Assembly (NCBI RefSeq): GCF_963921235.1
Contig: NC_086097.1
Span: 229,898,001-229,962,000, forward strand
DNA: 64,000 nucleotides
DNA from: Mobula hypostoma
Lineage: Eukaryota
Reading direction: 5' to 3'
The notes below the pieces were generated by a model, which ran no database searches, was not told the origin of the DNA, and saw only the letters and a program-made list of their open reading frames with translations. Shown here piece by piece: positions 46,775 through 60,029 of the stretch (within the stretch, counting starts at the first letter, position 1; each line of letters opens with the position of its first letter). A program made the translations under genes and the position numbers.

Positions 46775-49120
46775 TCCGTGTCATCTTGGTGTCATCCGCT
46801 AATTTGCTGATCCAGTTTACCACATTATCATTCAGATCATTGATGAAGATGACAAAAAACAATAGACCCAGCCCTGACCTCTGCAGCACACCACTAGTTG
46901 CAGGTCTTCAGTCAGAGAGGCAACCCTCTACCACTAGCTTCTGGCTTCTTCCACGAAGCCAATGTCTAATCCAATTTGCTACCTCATCTTCAATGCCAAC
47001 TGACTGAATCTTCTCGACCAACCTCCCAGCCTTGCTAAAGTCCAACACCTACTGCCTTGACTCCATCAACTTTCCTGGTAGCTTCCTCCAAAAACTCTAA
47101 GATTGGTTAGACACGATTTACCATACACATGTTAACTATCTCTAATCAATCAGTCCCTGTCTCTCCAAACACATATATATCCAGACCCTTAGAATACCTT
47201 CCAATAACCTTCCCAGCACTGTTGTCAGGCTCACTGGCTTATGATTTCCTGGCTTATTCGTAAAGCCTTTCTTAAACAACGTAACAACACTAGCTATCCT
47301 CCAACACCTCACCCACGGCAGAGGACATTTTAAATAAGCACATTGATGAAGGTAGAGCAGTAGATGTAGTGTTTATGGATTTCAGCAAGGCATTTGATAA
47401 GGTAACCCATGCAAGGCTTATTAAGAAAGTAAAGAGGCATGGGATCCAAGGGGACATTGCTTTGTGTACCCAGAACTGGCTTGCACACAGAAGGCAATGA
47501 GTGGTTGTAGATGGGCCATATTCTGCATGGAGGTCGGTGACCAGTGGAGTGCCTCAGGGATCTGTTCTGGCACACCTATTCTTGTGATTTTTATAAATGA
47601 CCTGGATGAGGAAGTAGAGGGATGGGTTAGTAAATTTGCTGATGACAAAAGTTGGGGGTGTTGTGGATAGTGTGGCGGGCTGTCAGAGGATACAACAGGA
47701 CATTGATAGGATGCAAAGCTGGGCTGAGAAGTGGTAGATGGAGTTCAACCCAGATAAGTGTGAAGTGGTTCATTTTGGTAGGTCAAATATAATGATAGAA
47801 TATAGTATTAATGGTAAGATTCTTGGCAGTGTGGAGGATCAGAGGAATCTTGGGGTCCAGGTCCATAGGACGCTCAAAGCTGCTATGCAGATTGACTCTC
47901 TGGTTAAGAAGGCATACGGTGCATTGGCCTTCATCAATCGTGGGATTGAGTTTAGGAGTAGAGGGGTAATGTTGCAGCTATATAGGACCCTGGTCAGACC
48001 CCACTTGGAGTACTGTGCTCAATTCTGTTCCCCTCACTATAGGAAGGATGTGGAAACCATAGAAAGGGTGCAGAGGAGATTTACAAGGATGTTTCCTGGA
48101 TTGGGGAGCATGCCTTATGAGAACAGATTGAGTGAACTCAGTCTTTTCTCCTTGGAGCAATGGAGGATGAGAGGTGACTTGATAGAGGTGTACAAGATAA
48201 TGGGAGACATTGATCATGTGCATAGTCAGAGGCTTTTCCCCAGGGCTGAAGTGGCTAGCACAAGAGGGCATATTTTTAAGGTACTTGGAAGTAGGTACAG
48301 AGGAGATGTCATGGGTAAGTTTTTTTTAACGCGGAGAGTGGTGAGTGCAAGAAATGGGCTGCTGGCGGCGGTGGTGGAGGTGGAAATGATAGGGTCTTTT
48401 AAGAGACTCCTGGATGGCTACATGGAGCTTAGAAAAATTGAGAGCTATGGGTAAAGCCTAGGTAGTTCTAAGGGAGGGACATGTCTGGCACAGCTTTGTG
48501 AGCCAAAAGGCCTGTATTGTGCTGTAGGTTTTCTGTGTTTCTATATCTCTGCTAGGGCCCCTGCAAATTCTGCACTAGCCTCCCACAGGGTCCGAGGGAA
48601 CACGTTGTCAGACCCTGGGGGTTTATCCACCCTGATTTATCTCAAGACAGTAATTAAGGGTACTTCCATATTATCCTCTTACATTAGGCCCCCCAAAGTG
48701 TACCACCTCACATTAGCTCAAATTAAACTCCATCTACCATCTTGTCCAGCCATATCTGTAACTTATCTCTATTCTTCTGTATCCTTTGACAGCACTCTAT
48801 ACTGTCCACAACTCCACTAATCTTAATGTCTCTGGCAAACTTAGTAACACACCCATCTACATTTTTATCCAAGTCATTTTTATACATCACCATCAAAAGA
48901 GGACCCAACACTAGTTCTTGGAAAGTACCACTGGTCACAGATCTCCAGCTATAGTAACACCCTGACACAACTACTCTCGTCTTCCATGGGAATGCCATTT
49001 CTGTAGCCAAACTACTAAGTCACTGCTGACCCATACATCTTCCCCTCTCAATCTACCTGCCATTAGGGACCTTGTCAAATGCCTCACTAAAATTCATGTG
49101 GACAACATCTATTGCCCTAT
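46775..49120. mobile_element. CR1 nest: minus-strand fragments interrupted by a plus-strand CR1 (47337-48540)
   Basis: Plus ORFs 47464-47670 and 47738-48454 end in the ..ctgtaggttttctgtgtttc tail. The minus host resumes at atatctctgctagggcccc. Confidence 0.85.
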
Positions 49121-49320
49121 CCACATTCTCAATTCTCCATTTTTAAAAAATTCTTGGTAATCCTACAATCTTCAAAACCTTCAGGATTAGTCTACTTTAT
49201 TTCGAGTCATGAAAATGAGAGGGACTTCAGTTCTTTTTTTTTTACTGTTTTTACAAAATTATGTTATTCTTGGTGAAAATTAATTTCTGCTCTCTTTGCA
49301 TCATCTTATATTATGATCTT

Positions 49321-49632
49321 ATATTATGGCCAAGTGGTTAAGGCATTGGACTAGCGACCTGAAGGTCCTGAGTTCGAGCCCCAGCCAAGGGAACATGTTG
49401 TGGCTTTGAACAAGGCACTTAATCACACAGTGCTCTGCGACAACACTGGTGCCAAGCTATATGGGTCCTAATGCCCTTCCCTTGGACAACATTGGTGTCG
49501 TGGAGAGGGGAGACTTGCAGTATGGGCAACTTGCTGGTCTTCCATACAACCTTGCCCAGGCCTGCGCCCTGGAGAGTGAAGACTTTCCAGGCGCAGATCC
49601 ATGGTCTCGCAAGACTAACGGATGCCTTTACT
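49321..49632 (+). mobile_element. tRNA-derived SINE with 15-bp TSD
   Basis: A box TGGCCAAGTGG, B box GAGTTCGAGCC. TSD ttatattatgatctt at 49306-49320 and 49633-49647. Confidence 0.88.
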
Positions 49633-50024
49633 TTATATTATGATCTTGTAAACTCAGTGACACAGCTGACACTAGGTGTATGTTTTGATGTATTTGTGAT
49701 TAATAAATTTGAATCTTGAACCTTGGATAACAAATAGAACCAAAGGTTCTTCTTTAACCAATTGTAAATGAGATTAGCTTTTCACATTTGTGTCTGATGG
49801 AGCAGCTTGCTTTGAAATTTAATTAAAAAGTCATTCAGAACATCTGGGGATGTTTTTGATGTTTTTAGTACTAAGTACCTGAATACTTCCTTCCAAATAA
49901 AGCAAATTGGAAACAGGCTATGTTCCCCAATAACTATTGTTACCAATAACTAGCTTGTTTTGTTTCATAATAAGTTCAAGCAAGTAGAGAATTGTCTCTC
50001 CCTCCCCCACCAGACATGTAAATT

Positions 50025-52980
50025 ACAATAGCATTGGAGAGAGATAGGAACAGACAAGTTAGAAAAGTGTTTAATTGGAGTAAGGGGAATTATGAGGCTA
50101 TCAGGCAGGAAATAGGAAGCTTAAATTGGGAACAGATGTTTTCAGGGAAAAGTATGGCAGAAATGTGGCAAATGTTCAGGAGATATTTGTGTGGAGTTCT
50201 GCAAAGGTATGTTCCAATGAGACAGGGAAGTTATGGTAGGGTACAGGAACTGTGGTGTACAAAGGCTATAATAAATCTAGTCAAGAAAAGCTTACAAAAG
50301 GTTCAGAGAACTAGGTAATGTTAGAGATCTAGAAGATTATAAGGCTAACAGGAAGGAGTTTAAAAAGGAAATTAGGAGAGCCAGAAGGGGCCATGAGAAG
50401 GCCTTGGCAGGCAGGATTAAGGAAAACCCCAAGGCATTCTACAAGTCTGTGAAGAGCAAAAGGATGAGACATGAAAGAATAGGACCTATCAAGTGTGACA
50501 GTGGGAAAGTGTGAATGGAACCAGAGGAAATAGCAGAGGTACTTAATGAATACTTTACTTCAGTATTCACCATGGAAAATGATCTTGGTGATTGTAGTGA
50601 TGACTTGCAGCAGACTGGAAAGCTTGAGCATGTAGATATTGAGAGAGAGGACGTGCTGGAGCTTTTGGAAAGCACCAAGTTGGATAAATCACTGGGACCA
50701 GATGAGATGTATCCCAGGCTACTGTGGGAGGTGAGGGAGGAGATTGCTGAGCCTCTGGCGATGATCTTTGAATCATCAAGGGAGAGGTTGCGGAGGATTG
50801 GAGGGTTGCGGATGTTGTTCCCTTACTCAAGAAAGGGAGTAGAGATAGCCCAGGAAATTATAGACCAGTGAGTCTTACCTCAGTGGTTGGGAAGTTGATG
50901 GGGAAGATCCTGAGAGGCAGGATTTATAAACATTTAGAGAGGTATAATATGATTAGGAATAGTCAGCACAGCTTTGTCAAGGGCAGGTTGTGCCTTACAA
51001 ACCTGATTGAATTTTTTAAGGATGTGACTTAACACATTGATGAAGGAAGAGTAGTAGATGTAGTGTATATGGATTTCAGCAAGGCATTTGATAAGGTACC
51101 CCGTGGAAGGCTTATTGAGAAAGTAAGGAGGAATAAGATCCAAGGGGACATTGCTTTGTGGATTCAGAACTGGCTTGCCCGTAGAAGGCAAAGAGTGGTT
51201 GAGAACGGGTCATATTCTTCATGGAAGTCGGTGACCAGTGGTGTGCCTCAGGGTTCTGTTCTGGGACCCTTACTCTTTGTGATTTTTATAAATGACCTGG
51301 ATGAGGAAGTGGAGGGATGGGTTAGTAAGTTTGCTGATGACACAAAGGTTGGGAGTGTTGTGGATACTGTGGAGGGCTGTCAGAGGTTACAGCGGGACAT
51401 TGATAGGATGCAAAACTGGGTTGAGAAGTGGCAGATGCATTGGCCTTCATTAATCGTGGAAATGAATTTAGGAGCCGAGAGGTAATGTTGCAGCTATATA
51501 GGACCCTGGTCAGACCCCACTTGGAGTACAGTGCTCAGTTCTGGTTGCCTCACTACAGGAAGGATCCAGAAGCCATAGAAAGGGTGCAGAGGAGATTTCC
51601 AAGGATGTTGCCTGGATTGGGAAGCATGCCTTATGAAAACAGGTTGAGTGAAGTCGAGTAACACACATCAACGTTGCTGGTGAACTCAGCAGGCCAGGCA
51701 GCATCTCTAGGAAGAGGTACAGTTGACGTTTTGGGCCGAGACCCTTCGTCAGGACTAACTGAAAGAAGAGCTAGTAAGAGATTTGAAAGTGGGAGGGGGA
51801 GGGGGAGATCCAAAATGATAGGAGAAGACAGGAGGGGGAGGGATGGAGCCCAGAGCTGGACAGTTGATTGGCAAAAAGGATATGAGAGGATCATGGGACA
51901 GGAAGCCTAGGGAGAAAGAAAAGGGGGAGGGGGGAAAACCCAGAGGATGGGCAAGGGGTATAGTAAGAGGGACAGAGGGAGAAAAAGGAGAGAGAGAGAA
52001 AGAATGTGTCTATATAAATAAATAACAGATGGGGTACGAGGGGGAGGTGGGGCATTAGCGAAAGTTTGAGAAGTTTGAATAAGGTGTTATTCCGTCTGGG
52101 TAGCCTCCAATCTGATGGCATGAACATTGACTTCTCAAACTTCTGCTAATGCCCCACCTCCCCCTCGTACCCCATCCATTATTTATTTATATACACACAT
52201 TCTTTCTCTCGCTCTTTTTCTCCCTCTGTCCCTCTCACTATACCTCTTGCCCATCCTCTGGGTTTACCCCCTCTCCCCCTCTTCTTTCTCCCTGGGCCTC
52301 CTGTCCTATGATCCTCTCATATCCGTTTTACCAATCACCTGTCCAGCTCTTGGCTCTATCCCTCCCCCTCCTGTCTTCTCCTATCATTTTGGATCTCCCC
52401 CTCCCCCTCCCACTTTCAAATCTCTTACTAGCTCTTCTTTCAGTTAGTCCTGGTGAAGGGTCTCGGCCCGAAATGTCGACTGTACCTCTTCCTAGAGATG
52501 CTGCCTGGCCTGCTGCATTCACCAGCAACTTTGATGTGTGTTGCTTGAATTTCCAGCATCTGCAGAATTCCTCGTGTTTGAGTGAAGTCGACCTTTTCTC
52601 CTTGGAGCTACGAAGAATGAGAGGTGACCTGATAGATATGTATAAGTTAATGAGAGGCATTGATCATGTGGATAGTCAGAGGCTTTTTCCCAGGGCTGAA
52701 ATGGCTGCCACATGAGGACACAGGTTTAAAGTGCTGGGGGGTAGGTACAGAGGAGATGTCAGGAGTAAGTTTTTTTTCACGCAGAGAGTGGTGAGTGCAT
52801 GGAATGGGCTGCCGGCAACGGTGGTGGAGGCGGATACGATAGGGTCTTTTCAGAGACTTTTGGATAGGTACATGGGGCTTAGAAAAATAGAGGGCTATGG
52901 GTAAGCCTAGTAACTTCTAAGGTAGGGACATGTTCGGCACACATGTCTGTATTGTGCTGTAGGTTTTCTATGTTTCTAAA
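50025..52980 (+). mobile_element. CR1 LINE fragment interrupted by a Penelope palindrome
   Basis: ORFs 50034-50318, 50515-50871, 51063-51485 and 51428-51661. Resumes LFSLELRRMRGDL after 52591. Confidence 0.9.
51658..52577. mobile_element. Penelope-derived palindromic insertion (920 bp, ~410-bp inverted arms, 14-bp TSD)
   Basis: ~51660-52070 is the reverse complement of ~52135-52542. TSD ttgagtgaagtcga at 51644-51657 and 52578-52591. The central part encodes the GIY-YIG C-terminal remnant FRLGSLQSDGMNIDFSNFC. Confidence 0.92.
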
Positions 52981-53225
52981 ACACACAGAGTTAATTAATG
53001 AAAATAGGCTATTTCAATTCCTTAAAGTTCATATTTCATTTTCATGTTGAGGTTATCAGACTGGTGTAAGGCTTGACTATAACCAAAAATACATTTGGAA
53101 AATACTTTTTTATTTCCTTCCTTCCTTAAACTATCCTTTGTCACCTTAGATTAGATTAAGTTATCACATCGAAACCTACAGTGAAATGCATCATTTTATG
53201 TTAACACCATCACAGCCTAAGGATA

Positions 53226-53348
53226 AACAAGAGAAAATCTGCAGATGCTGGAAATCCAAACAACACATACAAAATGCTGGAGGAACTCAGCAGGCCAGGC
53301 AGCATTTCGGGCTGAGCCCTTTCTTCAGGGCCGAGGGTATGCCTCATA
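53226..53348 (-). mobile_element. short Penelope-terminus insertion with 12-bp TSD
   Basis: agcctaaggata at 53214-53225 and 53349-53360. Confidence 0.75.
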
Positions 53349-53574
53349 AGCCTAAGGATATGCTGGGGGCAGCCCGCAAGTGTTGCCTCACATTTTGGTG
53401 CAAAAATTACGTGTCTACAATGTCCAGCAGCATAACATGTATCTAACATACAACAAGTGACAGGAAGATGACATGGTGAAAGCAGAGAGACAGAAAACAT
53501 TTAACAAAGGCCACTGTTCCAAGATCACTTATCAACAGTGTAAGTTGTGAATAAGCCAGTATGTTTTTTTTCCC

Positions 53575-56025
53575 TTTAGAAACATAGAAAGTAGGTGCAG
53601 GAGTAGGCCATTCGGCCCTTCGAGCCTGCACCGCCACTCAGTATGCTCATGGCTGATCATCCAACTCAGACCCCTGTACCCGCCTTCTCTCCATACCCGC
53701 TGATCCCTTTAGCTGCAAGGGCCATATCTAACTCCCTCTTAAATACAGCCAATGAACTGGCCTCAACTGTTTCCTGTGGCAGAGAATTCCACAGATTCAG
53801 CACTTTCTGTGTGAAGTTTTTCCTCATTTCGGTCCTAAAAGGCTTCCCCGTTATCCTTAAACTGTGACCCCTCGTTCTGGACTTCCCCAACATCGGGAAC
53901 AATCTTCCTGCATCTAGCCTGTCCAATCCCTTTAGGATTTTATATGTTTCAATAAGATCCCCCCTCAATCTTCTAAATTCCAGAGAGTATAAGCCTAATC
54001 GATCCAGTCTTTCATCATATGAAAGTCCTGCCATCCCAGGAATCAATCCGGTGAACCTTCTTTGTACTCCCTCTATGGCAAGAATGTCTTTCCTCAGATT
54101 AGGGGACCAAAACTGCACACAATACTCCAGGTGTGGTCTCACCAAGGCCTTGTACAACTGCAGTAGTACCTCCCTGCTCCTGTACTCGAATCCTCTTGCT
54201 ATAAATGCCAGCATACCATTTGCCTTTTTCACCGCCTGCTGTACCTGCATGCCCACTTTCAATGACTGGTGTATAATGACACCGAGGTCTCGTTGCACTC
54301 CCCCCTTTTCCTAATTGGCCACCATTCAGATAATAATCTGTTTTCCTGTTTTTGCCACCAAAGTGGATAACCTCACATTTATCCACATTAAATTGCATCT
54401 GCTATGAATTTGCCCACTCACCTAACCTATCCAAGTCACCCTGCATCCTCTTAGCATCCTCCTCACAGCTAACACTGCCGCCCAGCTTCGTGTCATCCGC
54501 AAACTTGGGGATGCTGCATTTAATTCCCTCGTCTAAGTCATTAATATATTTTGTAAACAACTGGGGTCCCAGCACTGAGCCTTGCGGTACCCCACTAGTC
54601 ACTGCCTGCCATTCTGAAAAGGTCTCGTTTATTCCCACTCTTTGCTTCCTGTCTGCCAACCAATTCTCTATCCATATCAATACCTTACCCCCAATACCGT
54701 GTGCTTTAAGTTTGCACACTAATCTCCTGTGTGGGACCTTGTCAAAAGCCTTTTGAAAATCCAAATATACCACATCTACTGGTTCTCCCCTATCCACTCT
54801 ACTAGTTACATCCTCAAAAAATTCTATGAGATTTGTCAGACATTATTTTCCTTTCACAAATTCATGCTGACTTTGTCCGATGATTTCACCACTTCCCAAA
54901 TGTGCTGTTATCACATCTTTGATAACTGACTCTAGCATTTTCCCCACCACCGATGTTAGGCTAACCGGTCTATAATTCCCCGGTTTCTCTCTCCCTCCTT
55001 TTTTAAAAAGCGGGGTTACATTAGCCACCCCCCAATCCTCAGGAACTAGTCCAGAATCTAAAGAGTTTTGAAAAATTATCACTAATGCCTCCACTATTTC
55101 TTGGGCTACTTCCTTAAGCACTCTGGGATGCAGACCATCTGGCCCTAGGGATTTATCTGCCTTTAATCCCTATTCTTTTTCTTTTCACTTATCTATAAAA
55201 GCTTTTACAGTCAGTTTTTATGTTCCCTGCCAGTTTTCTCTCATACTCTTTTTCCCCTTTCCTAATTAAGCCCTTTGTCCTCCTCTGCTGGACTCTGAAT
55301 TTCTCCCAGTCCTCAGGTGAGCCGCTTTTTCTGGCTAATTTGTATGTTTCTTCTTTGGAATTGATACTATCCCTAATTTCCCTCGTCAGCCACGGGTGCA
55401 CTACCTTCCCTGGTTTATTCTTTTGCCAAACTGGGATGAACAATTGTTGTAGTTCATCCATGCAATCTTTAAATGCTTGCCATTGCATATCCACCATCAA
55501 CCCTTTAAGTATCATTTGCCAATCTATCTTAGCTAATTCACATTTCATACCTTCGAAGTTACCCTTCTAAGTTCAGAACCTTTGTTTCTGAATTAACCAT
55601 GTCACTCTCCATCTTAATGAAGAATTCCACCATATTATGGTCACTCTTACCCAAGGGGCCTCTCACGACAAGATTGCTAATCAACCCTTCCTCATTGCTC
55701 AAAACCCAGTCTAGAATAGCCTGCTCTCTAGTTGGTTCCTCGACATGTTGGTTCAGAAAACCATCCCACATACATTCCAAGAAATCCTCTTCCTCAGCAC
55801 CTTTACCAATTTGGCTCACCCAATCTATATGTAGATTGAAGTCACCCATTATAACTTCTGTTCCTTTATTTCACGCATTCCTAATTTCCTGTTTAATGCC
55901 ATCCCCAACCTCTCTACTACTGTTAGGTGGCCTGTACACAACTCCCACCAGGATTTTCTGCCCCTTAGTGTTATGCAGCTCTACCCATATCGATTCCACA
56001 TCCTCCCGGCTAATGTCCTTCCTTT
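53575..56025 (-). mobile_element. CR1 LINE, APE to 3' end, with internal deletion near 55170
   Basis: ORFs 55559-55849 (GDFN..SDH), 55189-55548, 54843-55121, 54402-54797 (FADD) and 53666-54298. Confidence 0.93.
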
Positions 56026-56229
56026 CTTGTGGAGAAAAGCCTGACTGTGTTTCCATTTCTTCTAGGTTATTTCCCAAACAAAGAAGTTGATTCCCATTAT
56101 TGTCCCATTGACAGCATAGGGAAATTGCCAAATTATAAGCACACCAGCTGGGAATAAAAATGTCCTGAGAATGGTAGATGGTATTTAATGCAGATGGCTT
56201 ACTCCTGCTCCTACTTGTTATGTTCTTAA

Positions 56230-56995
56230 TGCAGATAGTTGTGAGGTATTGCACTTTAGGAGGACAAATCAGGGTAGGACTTGCATGGCGAGCGGTTGGG
56301 CACTGAGGAGTGTAGCAGAACCGAAGGATCAGGGAATACAGACCCATAATTCCTTGCAAGTGGTGTCACAGGTAGATGGGGTCATAAAGAATGTTTCATT
56401 AACCTTCATTTAATCGGAGAATTGAGTACAGGAGTTGGGATGTTGTTTTGAACTTGTACAAGACGTTGGTGAGCCTAATTTGGAGTATTGTGTCCAGTTC
56501 TGGTCACTTACTACAGGAGAGATGTAAATAAGATTGAAAGAATTCAGAGAAAGTTTACAAGGATGTTGCCAGGATTTGAGAACCTGAGTTTCTGTATATG
56601 TAAAGGCTGAAGAGGTTAGGAATTCATTCCCTGGAGAATGAGGGGGAGATTTGACAGAGGTATACAAAATTATGAGGGGTATAGATAGGGAAAATGCAAG
56701 CAGGCTTTTCCCACTGAGATTGGGTGAGACTACAAATGGAGGTCATGTGCTCAGGGTGAAAGGTGAAATGTTTAGGGAGAACTTATTCACTCAGAGGGTG
56801 CTGAGAATGTGGAACGAGCTGAGAGTGGAAGGGAAAATCAGGTTTAATTTCAACATTTAAGAGAAATTTATATATGTACATGGATGGGAGGCGTACGTAG
56901 GGCTAATGTCCAGATGTAGGTCAATGGGACTAGACAGAATAGTGGGTCAGCATGAACTAGATGGGCCAAAGGGCCTGTTTCTGTGTTGTTGACTC
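56230..56995 (+). mobile_element. CR1 3' fragment
   Basis: ORF 56651-56860 EVYKIMRGIDRENASRLFPL and the CR1 3' UTR. Confidence 0.85.
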
Positions 56996-57683
56996 TATCT
57001 ACATTGCTGCACCTGTTCCAGCTCTACTTTAAATGAACTTGATCACCTAGCCTGCTCCCTGAATTCACTTCGCATCTGACCTTTAATCTCCAGTTTGTCA
57101 GTGACTCCTGCATCTTAAACATGCAGGTATGGAAATTAGAGATGAGCTAAAGAGTGAGAGGAGATGTCTGGTGACTCTCTATAGAACTGCTAGCAAATGA
57201 ATAGTGCAGACTAACACAAAGTTCATACAACAGAAACACAAGTATCCTGAGAAAACAAACTTGTGAATTTGCATCTCAACATGTTTCACAAACGTAGGGA
57301 ATTCCAATGTGTTTTGTAGCCAATAAAACATTTGCATGCACAATATTAGTGCAGCCTAAAAGTTGCAGGGATTTCTTTATAATAAATTTGGCATCTTTAT
57401 ATGGTGAACCAAAACACAATTTCACTGACATTCTCATTATGATGTGGTACTTCATTAAATTTAAAGACCAGTACTTCAGGGATTCAAACAGCACGGAAAT
57501 TTGCACTTTGGCCCAATGCGTTCACATTGACGATTCTTTTTTACCCATCCACACTTATTCCATTTGACAGCGTTAGAACCAAACCCTGCTATCTCTTGCC
57601 TATTTCAGTACATCTAAGTGCAACTTAAATGCAGCAATTGTATCTGATTCTACAATTTCCTCAGTGAGAACCAGATATCAACC

Positions 57684-58013
57684 TAAACGCGAGGAATTCT
57701 GCAGATGCTGGAAATTCAAGCAACACACATCAAAGTTGCTGGTGAACGCAGCAGGCCAGGCAGCATCTCTAGGAAGAGGTACAGTCGACGTTTCGGGCTG
57801 AGACCCTTCGTCAGGACTAACTGAAGGAAGAGTTAGTAAGAGATTTGAAAGTGGGAGGGGGAGGGGGAGATCCAAAATGATAGGAGAAGACAGGAGGGGG
57901 AGGGATGGAGCCAAGAGCTGGACAGGTGATTGGCAAAAGGGATATGAGAGGATCATGGGACAGGAGGTCCGGGAAGAAAGACAAGGGGGAGGGGGGGGAA
58001 AAACCCAGAGGAT
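57684..58013 (-). mobile_element. Penelope terminal fragment (same subfamily as 51658-52577)
   Basis: Near-identical to 51660-51950 and to the reverse complement of 52250-52577. Confidence 0.88.
57783..57818 (-). ncRNA. minimal type-I hammerhead ribozyme, intact core
   Basis: Minus strand AGTC CTGACGA A GGGT CTCA GCCC GAAA CG TC GACT. Confidence 0.72.
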
Positions 58014-58544
58014 GTCAACCACTCTGTTCAAAGAAAATTTACCCCTCAGATCCTCTATAAAACTTCTTCCTCTAACCTTAAACCTAAAATTGCTTTCAAT
58101 TTATTGTTATTCCATTGATTATCCTGGTAGCAAAATGAAATTTGCATAGCAATCTCAGTCAGATTAGTAACCTGGCTCCTTACATCATGTTCCATGTAAG
58201 AGAGACAATATGCTGAAGTACTCAAGACGTGGTATTGAATTGTCAGGTAAATACAAGTGCCAGTACAGACTTGGAAATAGTGAACTAAATAGAAAAGTTT
58301 CAAAGCATTACCAATGCACCCACAATTGTTTTTCATATACTAAGACAAATCAAACTAATCTTAGCCACCAATCCTCTTCTGATCCTAACCAGTTTCAAAC
58401 TGTTAACTAAGCTAATCCGGAGTGAGGAAGGGAAAGATAAGTTAGCTGTTTATTAGAGGCAGGCCAATCATGCACTTACAAATTGAGCCCATGCACCATA
58501 AATTTTAAAACTTCAAGGGTACCTGAGGAAGCCTGGCAATGAGA

Positions 58545-58760
58545 ATCACTACTACGTCGATTCAGGCCTCAGGGGCCAGCGTCGTGCACGATGACAGACT
58601 CTCCACTTCTCCCTCTCCCTCATCAGTGTGTTCAGTTCATCTATGTTAGCCACGCCGCTGTCCTCTAGGAGTGTGTTGACCATAGTCTTGGGAGGGCGCC
58701 CAGGGTTCATCTTCCCGTGCTTGGGCTCCCATATGATGACTAGGCTGGCAGGTAGCTCGG
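58545..58760 (-). mobile_element. RTE/RTEX-type LINE 3' end
   Basis: PELPASLVIIWEPKHGKMNPGRPPKT..LMREREKWR, with an (AGT)n tail. Confidence 0.7.
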
Positions 58761-58819
58761 GAATCAAAGAGATTGAATCTATCAGGGAAGAACCTTTCTT
58801 GCACTGCTTATGATAAATA

Positions 58820-59220
58820 AGCCCATTCCTGTTTCCCTCTCTCACCTCATCTCCTTACCTGCCCATCACCTCCCTCTGGGTGCTCCTCCTCCTCCTTTTT
58901 TCCATGGTCTTCTATTCTCTACTATCCGATTCCCCCTCCTCCAGCCCTTTATCTCTGTCACCCATCAACTTCCCAGCTCTTTACTTCAACCCCTCCCCTG
59001 CTTTCACCTATCACCTGCCACCTTGTACTTTTTCCTTCTCTTCTTGCACCTTCTTATGCTGACTTCTCCGCTTCCTTCCCAGTCCTAAAGAAGGGTCTCG
59101 GCCTGAAACGTTGACTGTTCCTCCATTTCCGCAGATACTGCCTGATCTGCTGGAGTTCCTCCGGCATTTTGTGTGTGTTGCTTTGGATCTCCAGCATCTG
59201 CAGATTTTCTTGTGTTTGTG
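58820..59220 (+). mobile_element. Penelope terminal fragment with degenerate hammerhead (59080-59117)
   Basis: Pyrimidine-rich UTR, then cagtcctaaagaagggtctcggcctgaaacgttgactg..ccagcatctgcagattttcttgtgttt. Confidence 0.8.
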
Positions 59221-60029
59221 ATAGACAGGATTACTTTCCTTCAATCTCTCAAGCAAACCAGTTTCCATCCATACAATTCATCATTCCCATCGACCCCCTC
59301 ATCCTAGTCCAAACATTTAAATAGACCAGAAGTTATTATTGGTGAATAGTCATGTCTCTTTGTCTATTCGTATTTCCATATGCCTCAGCTCCTATAGCCT
59401 CCAACATTTCTAACTGAGTCTACTCTTAGACCATACACAACATCCATTGTTTTAAATTGAAAAGAGATTGTGTCCAAATTGTCAGATACTTGGCTTCCGC
59501 TTTTCTGAGGCTTCTTCAAAAAACCAGTAAACTTCCTGACATCTCGTCCCTTGATTGGGCTGTCATATGTTTGCTTAATATCCAATGAAGATAGTTTCCT
59601 TTTGCTTTCTCAATATGTGATGGAATGCCATTTCTATTGAATGGTGCTTTTACTTGAAAACAGAGGAAATTAAATGCTGGGAAGAGGAATATTGTACGGA
59701 CAACTAGAAATACCATCTCATTAACATGCACTCAAATTACAATTGTCATAAACTTTGGGACTTTCAGCTTTGCCAGCAAGAATTGTGCATGTGCAGGAAA
59801 TTACTTTGCAGAGTGCTACTTGCCTCTTTAGCTGGTGACTGCCTTATGTACATGTGGGTGGGGAGGAGGAGGGAATTTAACAAAATACCAGATTTCAGCT
59901 GGTGCAGGCCTCATTTGAAGGGAAAGGAATTGAAACGAGACAAAATTCTTTGCTCCTGATCCTACAAGCATGAGCTTACCATTATAGGCACTCCCGGCAT
60001 ACAAGGTCCAACTTGTGGACAACCCATAC

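Noticed and set aside
49328..49385. tRNA gene
   Set aside because: A and B boxes are present but there is no complete acceptor stem. It continues into a SINE body bounded by a TSD.
59385..59731. Possible last exon of a neighbouring gene (PAG1 neighbours ZNF704 in mammals); YDSPIKGRDVRKF faintly recalls its C-terminus
   Set aside because: The similarity is too weak, the ORF does not end at the motif, and no consistent exon frame is evident.
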